A DNA stretch of 64,000 nucleotides, from contig OX597821.1 in assembly GCA_951406725.2 (NCBI GenBank), forward strand, positions 116,994,001 through 117,058,000. Reading direction: 5' to 3'. The notes below the pieces were generated by a model, which saw only the letters and a program-made list of their open reading frames with translations, ran no database searches and was not told the DNA's origin. Source of the stretch: Octopus vulgaris (taxonomy: Eukaryota). Below are positions 13,405 to 28,314 of this stretch, one piece after another (positions within the stretch are counted from its first letter, which is position 1; each line of letters opens with the position of its first letter). Both the position numbers and the translations under genes were made by a program.

Positions 13405-14563
13405 TTTATCTTTTATTTACTCCCTGAGTAAAACAATTATGTGTAAGGGAGGTAAGTAATTCTGGATATATATATATATATAGATATATATATATATAGA
13501 TAGATATATATACAACACGCTTATGTCAGTTTCTGTCTAACAAATCCACTCACAAGGCTTTGGTCGGCCCAAGGCTATAATAGACCACACTCGCCCAAGG
13601 TGCCATGCAGTGGGACTGAACCCGGAACCGTGTGGTTGACAAGCAAGCTTCTTACCACACAGCCACTCATGTTTGACTACATTTGTTGTAGCTGCCATCT
13701 TGTTCTTTGGGAGTCACAATGTGGTCATTCAATCCACTTGAAATAGCAGTAAAATTTCACTCAACCCATACCTTACTATCTAAAATAAGGGTAGGACACC
13801 TTAGAGGAGGTAAGTTGCTCCAGTTCTCTGAAGTTACTGGATTTGTTGTGTATATAGATGGGCTGCCCCTTTCTCGGGAATTGGTCAAATGCTGTAGACC
13901 CCTGATGAGAACCCGATAATGTTAAAAAATCATTAAGGCTGCTCATCATTTTTTTTCCAATCTACAGAGAAATAATTAAAATCGCCCCGTTTGTCTATCT
14001 ATTGCAGCGTTTCTCAACCGGTGTTCCCTGAAACCATGGGGTTCTGCAAAAGATTCCTAGGGGTTCTGTGAGAAAGAGTGAGATAAGCTAATGCTAATTT
14101 CATGATCGTAATATACATTCACAACATCTTATTGGTTATTGTAATATTGTAATATTGTAATATAGACATCATCCTATCTAACCTGTTATGTTATCAAAAA
14201 AATATAACAACCATTGGGGATATGTTTAGTGATGTCTGTAATTTATGGACACCCTATATATATCATCATCATCATTGAGCGTGGTCATTACCAGAACCAC
14301 CTGACTGGCCCTTATGCCACCGGCACGTAAAAGCACCCATTACACACTTGGAGTGGTTGGCATTTGGAAGGGCATCCAGCTATAGAAACCTTGCCAGATC
14401 AGATTGAGCCTGGTGCAGCCTCTGGTTCACAAGTCCTCAGTCAAACTGTCCAACCCATGCCAGCATGGAAAGCAGACATTAAATGATGATGATGATCCAT
14501 TGTTTTCTAAAACAATAACACTCAGTTATGTCTAATTACATTTGTCTCTGTTTTACTTCACAG

Positions 14564-15214
14564 GACGCCCTAATATCTACTATTTCCCTTTTGAACGGAT
14601 GGTTGGTCAAAGAATTTCACATCCTAGCATAAGAATCCAGTCATATGGTAACCCTCATCTTGTGACAGGCAAAATCGGAAAAGCAATCCAGCTGAATGGG
14701 AGATCGCAGTATATCGATGTCAACGAACACCCACGTATGTGTTTGGGTAACTTAGATCTCTGCCCACATGGTTTCCTCATGTCAATGTGGTTGCGTCTAA
14801 ACAAGACGCTCAACAACATGGATTATTTCTCTACAGCCCTCAATGGTCTCTCGCTCAAATACGTAAATGGTAAGTTCGAATTCACGCTGTCTACGTCTTC
14901 CAGGAAATGGACAGCCATTGTTGATTCAAAAGAGATTCCTGAAGGTGAATGGCGCTTCATTGAAATTTCCTGGCATCCAACAACTGGGCTTGTGATCTAT
15001 AACAACAACAGGCTTATTGCCTTTGACGATTCACATGGCGTCAACGCTGTCAAGAAGACAAACTACAAGTACAACACTTATGAAGACAGGTTTTACCTTG
15101 GGAAAGGAAAAGATCTGGTTGGCAACACAGTGTTTGGGACCATAACCTTTGATGACATCAAGTATTGGTTTGGTGACCGCAACTATTTATTGATGCATGG
15201 ATATATCAAAAGAG
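14564..15214 (+). CDS. Multi-LamG-like protein, exon D (domain 3)
   Basis: ttttacttcacag| and aga g|gtaaga, phase 1-1, 651 nt. GKIGKAIQLNG, CLGNLDLCPHGFLMSMW, WRFIEISWHP, FYLG. Confidence 0.93.
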
Positions 15215-15602
15215 GTAAGATACCATTCTTGAATATTTTCATTGTTCTTTCTCCTACTTCATCTCTCTTTCTCTCCCTCTCTCTCACCTCACATTTCATT
15301 ACATGAGTATGTACATGTGTGTATGTATGTATGCATAGGTATGTAAAAAGGCGGCGAGCTGGCAGAACCATTAGCACGCGGGGCGAAATGCTTAGCAGTA
15401 TTTCGTCTGCCGTTACATTCTGAGTTCAAATCCCGCCGAGGTCAACTTTGCCTTTCATCCTTTCAGGGTCAATTAAATAAGTACCAGTTACGCACTGGGA
15501 TCGATATAATCAACTTAATCCGTTAGTCTGTCCTTGTTTGTCCCTTCTGTGTTTAGCCCCTTGTGGGTAGTAAAGAAATATCTATTTTGTCTGCCGTTAC
15601 GT

Positions 15603-15685
15603 TACTAAACAGTTTCGTGTAAAGAATACAATGGAGTGTTACGTAACAATCTGATTATATGACTTTACACTCATCAGAGATGGCT
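15603..15685 (-). ncRNA. Hammerhead ribozyme motif truncated at its cleavage site
   Basis: Minus strand reads gccatct-CUGAUGA-GUGUAAAG...CUUUACAC-GAAA-cuguuuag-UA. Perfect 8-bp stem II; the 3' strand of stem I is replaced by a SINE fragment. Confidence 0.6.
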
Positions 15686-17668
15686 GATATGTAAGGGACT
15701 ATGGTGACTGCTCTCTATTGTCAGAGGTGGGCTAGCACAACTGATCAGTGGCTGTTGTGAAAAATATGGTGAAATGAAAAAGGGTCCAGGGATTGGGTTA
15801 GGAGCTATGTCTCTTGGTTGGGTATGTTGTGAAGCTGGCAAGAGTTATCTTGAAGTGGGAGAAGTGTGTATTATTAATGTAATGTCCCTGCAGGGGTGGG
15901 GTGTGTAGTATGTGTAGTGGTGTCATATGTATAACTTTTGTAGGTATATATAGCTGTGTTTGTTGGTCTGTTTTTTTTCTGGAAAGCATAAAGTTGTGGG
16001 GAGTGGGAGATGGTTATATTAGCGTGCAGTATGTAATGTGTGTGTTGGGGGGGTTATGTGTATATGTGAGGGTACGTGTGTGTGTGTGTACTTGACAGGT
16101 TTCCACTGGCAAGTCCTTGGTTTGCCTGGAGTTATAGTAGCACACTTGCCCGAGGTATTGCGCACTGGGACCGAACCGAAAACTATGTATTTGCAAAGCA
16201 AACTTCTTAGTCACATAACCGTAAGTAAAGCTATACTGCTACTACTGCTGCTGCTACTACTACTACTACTACTGAGTATAATTACGACAATAATAAACGG
16301 TATTCAATTAGTTACAGCTACAAAAATAACTAGTATAATTACCATAGATTATCGCCAACGCACGCACATATCCACTTCTAATATTAAACTTAGGAAATAA
16401 AACAATGAACACAACCACTGCTACTCCTACTGTTCACACAGCTCCTACCACTACCCCTACTATTTATTATAGGATGGTTTCACTTTCTCTCAAGCATTTT
16501 GCTTGATTTTGTTAGCTTCTTTTTAGCAGCCATGTCTAAGTGAGTAAATAATGGTAGTTAGACAGTAATATATCCAATCTGCAGACTTAATGGATTGATG
16601 ATGTTTTTTTATGTAATACTGAAAGTAGTTTAGTCAAAATAATAACGACAGAGTCGAAAGCTATTACAATAATGACATTAATGAGCTGAGGAAGTTTCTT
16701 CACCCAGTTTGTTAGAAATAACAGCCAAGTTATTTTTTTCCTACTACTCTTTTTGAAAATGAAGGAGACATTAGACTCGTATTCCTCACGGTGGTGGAGA
16801 CGGTGGTGGTGGTGGGTATTTGTGAAGATGGAAAAGCGGGTGGACGTATATTATTAAGAGGGTGTTAAACATTCTAAACTTGTCAGGCACCATGGTTAAT
16901 AAGGAAGAATTATATGGATGCCAACTCAATTATGCCTTCTCATTAAGAGCGAAGGTGGTGGCGGCGGCAGTGGTGGAGTGGCCAATGTTTCTCTGTTAAG
17001 AACCACTGCTTTGTTAGACAATGCAATCCACTTGCCTCCTGCTGCTGCTGATAATGATTTCTTTTATTTGCCTCAAGGGCATCAGATGAGGGAAACATTA
17101 CAAGGACAGTTTACGATTTTTGTAGGAAAGGTTTTACATAAAAGATTCAAAGATGCAGGGAAAGAAAAGGAAAAAGAGGTTGAAATGAGAAGAAAGTATA
17201 CAGAATATATAACTACATCTATGATGCTGTCCTCCTGAGACAAAAGAACCTCCAGCCAGGGTTAATCAAGAAACCCCCTCAGATTCATGATTTCCTTGAT
17301 CAATAAGGGCACAAACCCTCACCCATCTGTTGCTCTCCAATCTACAAGTACATGCTTAGAGTATTCACCTAATAATAAAAATGTTTCAAATTTTGGCACA
17401 GGGCCTGAAATTTGTGCGACAGAGGACCTCGTTGGTTACATTGACCTCAGTATACAACTGGTACTTTTTTTACCAATACCGAAATGATGAAAGGCTGTAG
17501 TAGAAGACACTTGCCCAAAGTGCCATGTCTTGGGACAGAACCCAGAACCTTGTGGTTGTGAAGCACATTTCTTAACTACACAGCTACGTCTGTGGCTGAT
17601 GACAGTACTGCCTGATTGGCATTCATGCCAGTGGAATGTTAAAAGTACATCCAAGTGTGGGGTGTAAC

Positions 17669-18035
17669 TTAGTTAGTTAGTTAATTTGGCTCAAAAGCAA
17701 ATAGCAAGGCCATGTAGGGGGACATGGAGTTAAGTACAGGGTGGTGTTCATGTATAGAGTTCAGGCCACTTGAGGTCAAGGGAGGCTTTAAACAAAGCGG
17801 TCGTCGGCATCTTCACCATCTCATCTGGCAGCTTGTTCCACGGATCCGCAACCCGGACGGAGAAAGCTCCTCTCCTTCGACTGAGATGAAATCGTCGCAG
17901 GTAGAGCTTTTCGAAATGACCCCGCAGCCGACGCTCTGGAGCAGGAGTGAAGAACAGCTCTTTCGAGAGGTTACACTTTCCGCTTATGATGTTGTGGGCG
18001 AGAATGACATCACCACGGCGGCGGCGTTTTTCTGA
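17669..18035 (-). mobile_element. CR1/L2-type LINE 3' fragment
   Basis: ORF 17748..18050(-) RRRRGDVIL...LRGHFEKL...RRGAFSVRVADPWNKLP...FKASLD is the typical CR1 ORF2 C-terminus; (TAAC)n tail. Confidence 0.85.
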
Positions 18036-21000
18036 CCCACTTATGAGCACCCCTCATTCATTGGACAATGAACTTTGCTTACAAAGACCTATTGAGGCAA
18101 ATGAAAAAAAATCAAAATCTCTGACATGACCGATGACAGTACCACCTGATTGGCACTCATGCCAGTGGAACATTAAAAGCTCATCCAAGCATGATCGTTA
18201 CCAGGGCTACGGATTGGCTCCCGTGTCGGTGGCACATGAAAAAGCACCATTTGAGCATGATTGTTGCCAGCATTGCCTTACTGGCACATGTGCGGGTGGC
18301 AGGTGAAAAACAACATTCAAGCATGGTTTTTGCCAGTGCCACTGGACTGGCTCTTGTGCAGGTGGCACGTGAAAAACACCTTCTGAGCATGGCCGTTGCC
18401 AAAACCATCTGACTGGCTCTTGTGCCGGTGGCACATAAAACCACCCACTACACTCATGGAGTGGTTGGCATTAGGAAGGGCAATCCAGCTGTAGAAACTC
18501 TGCCAGATCAGATTTAGCCTGGTGCAGCCTTCTGGCTCGCCAGTCCTCAGTCAAACTGTCAAACCCATACCAGCATGGAAAGCAGACATTAAACGATGAT
18601 GATGATGAGGAGGAGGAGGAGGATGATGATGATGACGACGACGACGACGATGATGATGATGATATATAAATGTGAACTAATATGAAGTCCATAAGTATTT
18701 GCCTGACTGAATCCTCTCAAAGTGTTCTTTAAGCAATTCAATGGCTTGATTGAATGTTGTGATGTTAGAAAAGGAGGAAGTTCACTTTTGTGAACATCCC
18801 CAAAAAGAACAAAAGATAACCACATCTGTTCTTATAATTTGGCACTTTGCCTGGAATTTGCTTCCTGCCCCATATTTTTCCTGCAGTTGTCAGGATAGGC
18901 ACAGGCATGGCCATGTGGTTGAGAAGCTTGCTTTTTCAGCTATGTGATCTCAGGTTCAATCTCATTACACAGCACTTTAGACAAGTGTCTTCTATTATAA
19001 CCTTGGGCCCAATAAAATTGTGTGGACTTCGTAGGTGGAAACTGAAAGAAGCCGCATGTGTGTATACCTTGTCCTGACATCATTGGTTATAAACGAATAT
19101 CATTGTCATACAAGCGATGTTGTTCATTCCCAGTCTCCCATGAAAACCATGTCTGGCCATGTGGAAATATTACCTTATCTGGAATCAGGTGTTGTTGACA
19201 AACACAAAATCACACACACACACACGTGATCGGCTTCCGCACAGTTTCCATCTCTCAAATTGACTCACAAGGCATTTGTCGGCCCAGGACTATAACAGAT
19301 GACACTTGCCCAAGGTGCTACACAGTGGAATTGAACCTGAATCCCTCATGTTGCAAAGCAAATTCTTAACCACACAGCCATGCTTGCACCTATGCATTTT
19401 TTAAAGAAGGCAGCTTGAGATCTAAAGGAGATTTAGCTGCTATTTCTAGAAGGTCGATTGACTATATAATAACCAGTCAGGCGGCACTGGCAACGACCCG
19501 CACATGGATGGTGTTTATTGCATGCCACCAACACAGGAGCCATTCTCTAACATTTTAGATAGTTTATCTTACAGAAGTTAATGTGTGAAAAACAAAATAG
19601 GAATTTTGAAAGAAATCTCTATGAAACTTGTTTTTAAACATAGAATGGTTATTGGGGTCCACTCAAGTAAAATGGGAATTAAAAAACATCCATAGACAAA
19701 AAATGGTTGAGAATCTTTGCTCTAAACCATCTGCAACCCTGTGGGACCATGACTGATGGCAATACAGTCTTAATCAGTCCATATTGTTGTCTATCTAAGA
19801 CTACATCGTCCACTATTTCTTTTCTTTGTTGAAGTAGAAAAGTGTGGTCTAAGGCAGTGCTACTTGAATTGGTGGTCCACGGACCAGCACCGGTCCGTGA
19901 GCCATCAGTTGCTGGCACCCAGTGAGTTTCCAGAAAAGAAACTTTATAAAATGTTTATGTAATATTGTATTATTTGTTTACAAAATAAATACAAGATAAA
20001 AGAAAATTATCAGCTTTTATTATATTCATTATATATATTGTTTCCATCATCATCGTTTAACGTCTGCTTTCCATGCTAGCATGGGTTGGACGATTTGACT
20101 GAGGACTGGTAAACCAGATGGCTGCACCAGGCTCCGATCTGATCTGGCAGAGTTTCTACAGCTGGATGCCCTTCTTAACGCCAACCACTCCAAAAGTGTA
20201 GTGGGTGCTTTTTACATGCCACCAGCACAGGGGCCAGTCTGGTGGTACTGGCAACGACCTCGCTCAAATCTTTTTACACATGCCACCGGCACAGGTGCCA
20301 GTAAGGTGACATTGGTAATGATCACGCTCGAATGGTGCCCTTTTACGTGCCACCGGCATGGGGGCCAGTCTAGAGTTACTGGCAACGACCTTGCTTGAAT
20401 CTTTTTACACATGCCACCGGCACAGGTGCCAGTAAGGCGACGTTGGTAATGATCACGCTCGGATGGTGCCCTTTTACGTGCCACCGGTACAGGGCCAGTC
20501 TTTTTACACATGTCACCAGCACAGGTGCCAGTAAGGCGACACTGGTAGTAAGACAATAAGAAATATTAACAATCCCTGGCACATTAGAAAAAAAATACTG
20601 CTGGTACACCACATCAGATAGTTTGAGAAGCACTGGTCTAAGGGATATTTGGCTGCTATTTCTTGGCTCTCTTGTTGATCCATTATCCTCATCCTTCTTT
20701 CTGTTGTTGCCATTTTCATCCTGGTCTCCTTTTATGTTCAAGAGCTTTGTAAAGAGGATCAGATGTTCTCAGCCACTTTGGCTGAGATTATTTATTAAAT
20801 ATTCTTCAAAAGAAGGAAGGCCTAAACTAATTTCATAAGCGAGAGAAAGATATGAAAAGTTGCTTGAAGAAGAACCTGATCTAAAACAGATGGAATCACT
20901 AACCTGTTTCTCTGCACACCCACGTCCAGTTGTACAAACAAAACTGCTTCTACCTTGGGTGCCTAACTTGAACAACTTTAATATTAGACAAACTGGTGAG

Positions 21001-21039
21001 GAGGAGGAGACCCGTTGGGTAGGCAGAAAGTAGGTAAAC

Positions 21040-21344
<305 letters not shown>

Positions 21345-23500
21345 GTTTGTATGTAGTTATGTAGGTATATGGGTGGGAAGGTGGATGGATAAGTACTAGA
21401 TGGGTAGATGAATAAATAAATGGATGAATGAATAAAATGATGATTGGGTACAAAGATATACAGATGGATAGATTGGTTGATAAACAAGTGGAAAGGCAGA
21501 TGAATATATGGAGGGAAATGGAGGGAAATGAATGGATGAACAGAAAGATTAGCAGGATGGATGAAAAAGATTTCGGTTGGAAAGAAAGTCTTTTCTCATT
21601 TTTGACATGATCACTTGGAAGGTATCTTTCCAATACTTAAGGTAAAATAACCATCAATTGTGTTTTTTTTCCATCTTTCTTTGCAGATTATTTTATGTCA
21701 TGGTGTTTAAATTCATATCAATTTTACCCTTTTAAAACTGAATAATGACTCGATTGACAAATGGGTTGGTGAAAACAGATTAATTGATAGATAGACATAC
21801 ATGGACGGACAGACAGATGGTTCGAATGACGGATGGTTGACTAGATAAATAGAGAGTGATGTAGCTAGATAGGGAATATACGTCTGGATGGATAGACAGA
21901 AATCATTTGAGACATACTTTTTATGCTAAAATGAAATAGAAGATCTCATTGCTTCCAGATGTCACGACTAAAGTAACAGAAATATGACATTTTGTATTGC
22001 CCGATGTGTGTGTGTATGTATGTGGTATGCATCTGTGTGTGTGTTTGTGGTATGCGTCTGTGCATGTGTTTATGAAATGGAAAGAAATCAACAAGTTATG
22101 CCAGAAGCTTTAGAAATCTTCTATAAAAGTGTTTAGCAGTTAGGGTAAGGCGGTGAGCTGGCGGAATCGTTAGGACACTGGAAGAAATGCTTAGCGGTAT
22201 TTCGTCTGCCGCAACGTTCTGAGCTCAAACTCCGCTGAGCACGACTTTGCCTTTCATCCTTTCAGGGTCGATTAAATAAGTACCAGTTCACTGGGGTCGA
22301 TATAATCGACTTAATCCGTTTGTCTGTCCTTGTTTGTCCCCTCTGTGTTTAGCCCCTTTTGGGCAATAAAGAAATAATTATAAGGTCATGAGTTCAATAC
22401 TCTGCAGTGCATTCTGTCCTTAAGCGAGACACTTTTGTATCGCATTGCTCCAGTCCACTCAGCTGACAAAATTGAGATGTACCTGTAATTCAAAAGGGCC
22501 ACCTTATCACATTGTGTCACGCTGAATCTCCCTGATAACTACATTAAGGGGACATGTGGCTGTGGAAGAATCAGCCACTTGCACATTAATTTCAGGAGCG
22601 GGCTGTTCCATTGATCGGATGAACATGACCCCTTATCATCATAACTGACAGAGTGCCAATTGGGTAATCCCAGGAATATCTCCAAAAGCAAGTCCCTTGG
22701 GTTCAAAGAAAACATTTCCAAAACTTCTTTGGTCCGCTAATTGAGTTGTCTCCCTTGTCACCTGCTACTCAACCACTTTTGTTAATGACACACCACTTGT
22801 ATTTCATCATCATCATCATCATCATCGTTTAACATCCGTTTTCTATGCTGGCATGGGTTGGACGATTTGACAGAAGGCTGCACCAGGCAGAAGGCTGCAC
22901 CAGGCTCCAATCTCATCTGGAAAAGTTTCTACAGCTGGATGCCTTTCCTAACACCAACCACTCTGAAAGTGTAGTGGTTGCTTTTTATGTGCCACCAGCT
23001 TGAGGGCCAGTCAGGTAGCACAGGTAACAACCATGCTCAAAATGGTGCTTTTTATGTGCCACTAGCATGGGAGCCAATCAGGCGGCACTGGCAATGACCA
23101 TGCCCGAATGATGCTCTTTACGTGGGGCAATAATGGTGTAGCGATTCACGTAAAAATAACAAAATTCAGATGGTGATTTTTATGTGCTAGCAGCACCGGA
23201 GCCAGTAAGGCAAGCCTGGCAGTGAACACATTCAGATGTTGCTTTTTATGTGTTTACAAAACACTGCTTTTAGTGAGGATTGAAACTGGAACCATCAAGT
23301 GATCTTATTAACCTGATCTATGGTATACACCACCTGGCCACAAAGACCATCTAAAAAAGTTGCACTGTGGGTCTATTTAAATCTGGTTTTCCCTTCTCCT
23401 ATTCTCCGTTTAGCAACTTGCAGTATTTTATTTATTTTTTTTTTGTTTTTGAAGAAATGATTCTTTCTTTTCTCATTTATGTTTGTATCTTTCATTACAG

Positions 23501-24118
23501 GTCGACCAACTAATTACCTCATAGACATGGACAAAATTGATGGTAACGTATTAACCCATGATAAGCTCTACATCATGGCCGAAGGTAACCCACACCAGAT
23601 CCCAGGAAGAATTGGATATGCTTTAAATTTCAACGAGAGCGGGCAGTATTTGAACTTTGGCCGACTTGACGACGTCTGTTTTGGAAACCTTGACAAATGT
23701 ACGCATGGATTTTTGCTGTCCAGTTGGATGAAGTTTGGGAATTACCATAACAACATGCATTACTTTGCTTCAGGTGATGGAGGAATATCAATGTACCAAG
23801 ATAATGGTTATTTACACGTGACCTTCATTAATTCGAAAAAGAAATGGAAAATCCAAGTTCCTAACCCGGAAATGGACACTTGGCACTTTGTTGAACTTTC
23901 CTGGCATCCAGATACAGGATTAAAAATGTACATTAATAACGAGCTTGTCGGATACTCTGACGGTGTCAACTTTGATAGAAGCCTTACAGGAAATAAGGAA
24001 TTCTATATCGGAGCACCAAGTGCTGGTTATGGAGCTAACCCTAACTTTGCTATTGATGAAATGGAAATATGGTATGGCAATAGAGATAATCTGGTTGCCT
24101 TCAATTACATCAACCGAG
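23501..24118 (+). CDS. Multi-LamG-like protein, exon E (domain 4)
   Basis: ttcattacag| and cga g|gtaaga, phase 1-1, 618 nt. CFGNLDKCTHGFLLSSW, WHFVELSWHPDTGLKMYIN, FYIG, IDEMEIW. Confidence 0.93.
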
Positions 24119-24792
24119 GTAAGAATCTGTGATGGTTACCAGTGCACACCTTAATAATGATTAACTGAAAATATTTAATGTTTTTTGCTTTTCAGGAATT
24201 TCAGGGCCCTAACATGGTTAATAAAGTGGTAAGCAGACAAAACCATTTGCATGTCAGAGAAAATGCTTAGCAGCATTCTCAGTTCAAATCACACCAAGGT
24301 CAACTTTACCTTTCATCCCTTTTGGGATCGATAAAATAAAGTACCAGTCAAAACACTGGGGATCGATGGAATCGACTTGTTCCTTCCTTTCAAAATTGTC
24401 GGGCTTGAATCCTGCAAGGGACCAGTGTCCTGTTCTAGGAGATTGGTGTGATCTCGGTCAATTGGAAAACTTCTAAAAGAAAAATTTCTAAAAAATCAAA
24501 AGGTTATGATCAAGAAAAATTATTCTTATAGTATTTTGGAAAGAAGAGCCATATTTTCTAATTGCTTAATTATTATATAAAACTGATAGGGAATCTAGAC
24601 ATATGACTGATACATCACAATCTGAAGTTAATTGTATGTGGTGTTTGTACACAGATATATATATCAGGGTGTGTGTTTAATGTTAGATGAGAGTTTACGT
24701 GTATAAATGCATAGACAAACCGGTTTATGCATATTTACACTCAAATGTGTGCGTATACCTAACTGTATATTAATGAGTACTTGTGACTTTAA

Positions 24793-24844
<52 letters not shown>

Positions 24845-25310
24845 ATATACATATATATACACGTACATTACATACAGAGAGAAAGAGATGTTTGTGTGCG
24901 TATATACTTGTGTCTGAGTATATATATATATATATACATGCGTATATATAATTACTGAGCTGGTATTCCAATATCATATATTTTCAGCCTCATGAATATC
25001 TATATTCTGTGTGTGTGTGTGTGCATGCACGCGTGCATGCTTGTGTATTCTGGCATAAGTATGTATAAACCAAAATATGTATGCATATATCTATATGTAT
25101 ACCTACTTGTGTGTGTGTCTGTGTGTGTGTGTGTGCTTATTTGATTGACTGCACCAAATTCTTATGACCTTTTCAAGATTTACACTTTCTTCCCATTTTT
25201 ACTATTTCAGACATGTTAACAACATATCTCTCACAGTTTTTTTCTTGTTTTTGGGTTGTTGTTTTTTTTCTACTTCCAACATTACCAACTGTGTGTGCGA
25301 GTGTCTGTCA

Positions 25311-25351
<41 letters not shown>

Positions 25352-26091
25352 CATGTGTGTGTATGTGTGTTTATTAGGTCAAGTGGAGCGGGGTGAAGTT
25401 GGGGGTGTAGATGTTGTTCCCTTCCATTTGCCAGACTAATTTAGATCTGTCACCTTTCCAAACTATACAGAAAGCTTCTCCCCCCTACCATTGCTATATT
25501 CCTCCCTCTCTCGCTCCTCTCTCTCTCTCCCTCCCCCATTCTCTTTCCCCCCATCTCCCTCTCTCATTTCAACTCTGTGTGTATGAGAGTGTATGCGTCA
25601 CACTCATTAGAGTATATGGCCATAGATGTGTATGAAGAACATTCACCTCACACACACAAACACTACATTTATGAATAAATCACACACACACACACACACA
25701 CACACACCCACACACACACACAAGGGTACAGTGCTGATACAAGACAAATACCTTACAATACTCGGCTTTATCCCCCACCCCCTATATCTTCTGAGACCAA
25801 AAGCTCTGTTGTTCCTAAGAATTTCAATTTGTAATCAAATGGACCCACTGTGCTGTATTTCAGACAAATACCTTCTACCATAGCAGTGAAGAAAATATGC
25901 ACGTGTGTATTTGTGTGTGTGTGTGTGTGTGTATTTGCATATATGTTATATTTCTACATATGTATGTATTTATGTATACATGCATGTATAAAAATGTGTT
26001 AAATTTTTCCGGTCTTCTGTTTTGATATGTATACATGTGTGTGTGTGTGCATGTATATATGTATGTTGAAATGTGCATGTATGTGTATATG

Positions 26092-26130
<39 letters not shown>

Positions 26131-27630
26131 CAGAGTAAGCACATAAATGTGAATCAAAGTGGAAAAAAATAGTACTCGAATACCAGAGGTAGAGTAATAT
26201 GCTTTATATGAATATGTATATATATATGTGTGTGTGTATTATGCATATATATATGTATATGTATATATATGCATGTGTATGTTGTGTGTGTATATATGTA
26301 AAATACTAATTCATACATGCTGTCCTCTCCACCCACATTTTACATTGATCACTCATTGAGCAACCAAGTTATCTCCTCTCCACCACTATATATCTCTCCC
26401 TCTCCTCATTCACTATACCTACCCCACACTCTTACAACCTATGCAGCATTTCCCTTCCTCTATCTATTTATCTAACTCTCTTTCTCTCATCCTCTCTTTT
26501 CCTCTGTCTATCATTTTTACTATAATTATTAATACTCTGCTGCTGTTCACTCCCCCCACCACCACCTTCCTTCACCAGCAGTCTTCTCCTCCATCTCACT
26601 CAGATCTTATTGACCAACTTGCAACCCTAATTTTTACAATTGTCACCTACTTTCCCCCCTCTTCCTTACCTTCCCTCCTTATTCCCACCCAACACTTATT
26701 CTTCTCTATATTCACTTCCCCACCCATTCCCCCCGATATCTAACTATCTCTCAATGTGCCCCACACATTCTTACAACCTCCACACACTCACACTTCCTTC
26801 TCTATTGTCCCCACTCCATATCTTAAGGAGCCCTTCCCCTGACACTTCATCCTATTTTTATCTCTCTCCAGTTCCACCTACCAACTACTCTCACCCTCAA
26901 ATAGTTCTGCCACAGCAAAAAACCCTGTTCCATTCTGGTCCCTTCTCTCTTAATTTAACCCCTCATCTCCAAATATAATATCCCCTCCCCATCAACTATA
27001 ACATCACTCATTCAAAGGGGATCTTTGTCTAACAGGTAGTTCAGTAACCTCACTGGTGCTGGTGCCACTTAAAAAGCACCCAGTACACTCTGTAAAGTGG
27101 TTGGTATTGGGAAGGGCATCCAGCCACAGTGACCATACCAAAACAAACAATTGAAGTACAATGCTGTTTTCGGACTCTCTGTGTGTGTGTGTATCTTTTA
27201 TCTTTTAATTGCTTCACTCCTTAGACTGCGGCCATGCTGGAGCACTGCCTTGAAGAGGTTTTAACCAAATAAATCAACCCAGAAGTTGCTTTTTGGGGGT
27301 GAGGTTAAGCCTGGTACTTATTTTATTGGTCTCTTATTTTGCTGAACTGCTAAGTCGTGGGGACACTTGCCCAAGATACAATCCAGTGGGATTAAACCCA
27401 TAACCATGTGGTTGGGAAGCAAACTTCTTACTACACAGCCACACCTGTATCTATGTCTGTGTGTGTGCTTGCCTTTGTGTTTGTCCCTATATCACTTGAC
27501 AACCAATGTTGGTTTGTTTACATCCCCTTAGCATAGCAGTTCGGCAAAAAAAACCAACAGAGAAAATCACTACTGCCGTCTCAGCATGAATGCAGTCCAA
27601 AGATGGAAATTAATGGAAGATAAAAGAAAG

Positions 27631-27935
27631 ATGTGTGTGCGTGTGTGTGCGTGTGTACATGCATGTGTGTATGTGCATGCACATGTGTTTGTGTGTGTGT
27701 GTGTGTGTGCATACCTGTGTTGTACATGTGCTTGTGTGTGTGTATGTGCATGCATGTGTATGTGCCTGTGCGCATGCACATGTGTATGTGTGTTTGTGTG
27801 TGTATGTGTGTTTGTGTGTGTATGTGTGTGTATGTGTGTTTGTGTGTGTATGTGTGTTTGTGTGTGTATGTGTGTTTGTGTGTGTATGTGTGTTTGTGTG
27901 TGTGTGTGTGTTTGTGTGTGTATGTGTGTTTGTGT

Positions 27936-27990
<55 letters not shown>

Positions 27991-28037
27991 TGTGTGTATG
28001 TGTGTTTGTGTGTGTATGTGTGTATGTGTGTTTGTGT

Positions 28038-28136
<99 letters not shown>

Positions 28137-28314
28137 TTTGTGTGTGTATGTGTGTTTGTGTGTGTATGTGTGTTTGTGTGTGTATGTGTGTTTGTGTGTG
28201 TATGTGTGTTTGTGTATGTATGTGTGTTTGTGTGTGTATGTGTGTTTGTGTGTGTATGTGTGTTTGTGTGTGTATGTGTGTTTGTGTGTGTATGTGTGCT
28301 TGTTTGTGTGTGTG
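27631..28314. repeat. (TG)n with 18-bp higher-order variant tgtgtgtatgtgtgtttg
   Basis: Direct reading. Confidence 0.95.

Noticed and set aside
13902-13930. ctgatga matches here and near 47121, 49712, 54313 and 60063 as hammerheads
   Set aside because: No stem II followed by GAAA in register.
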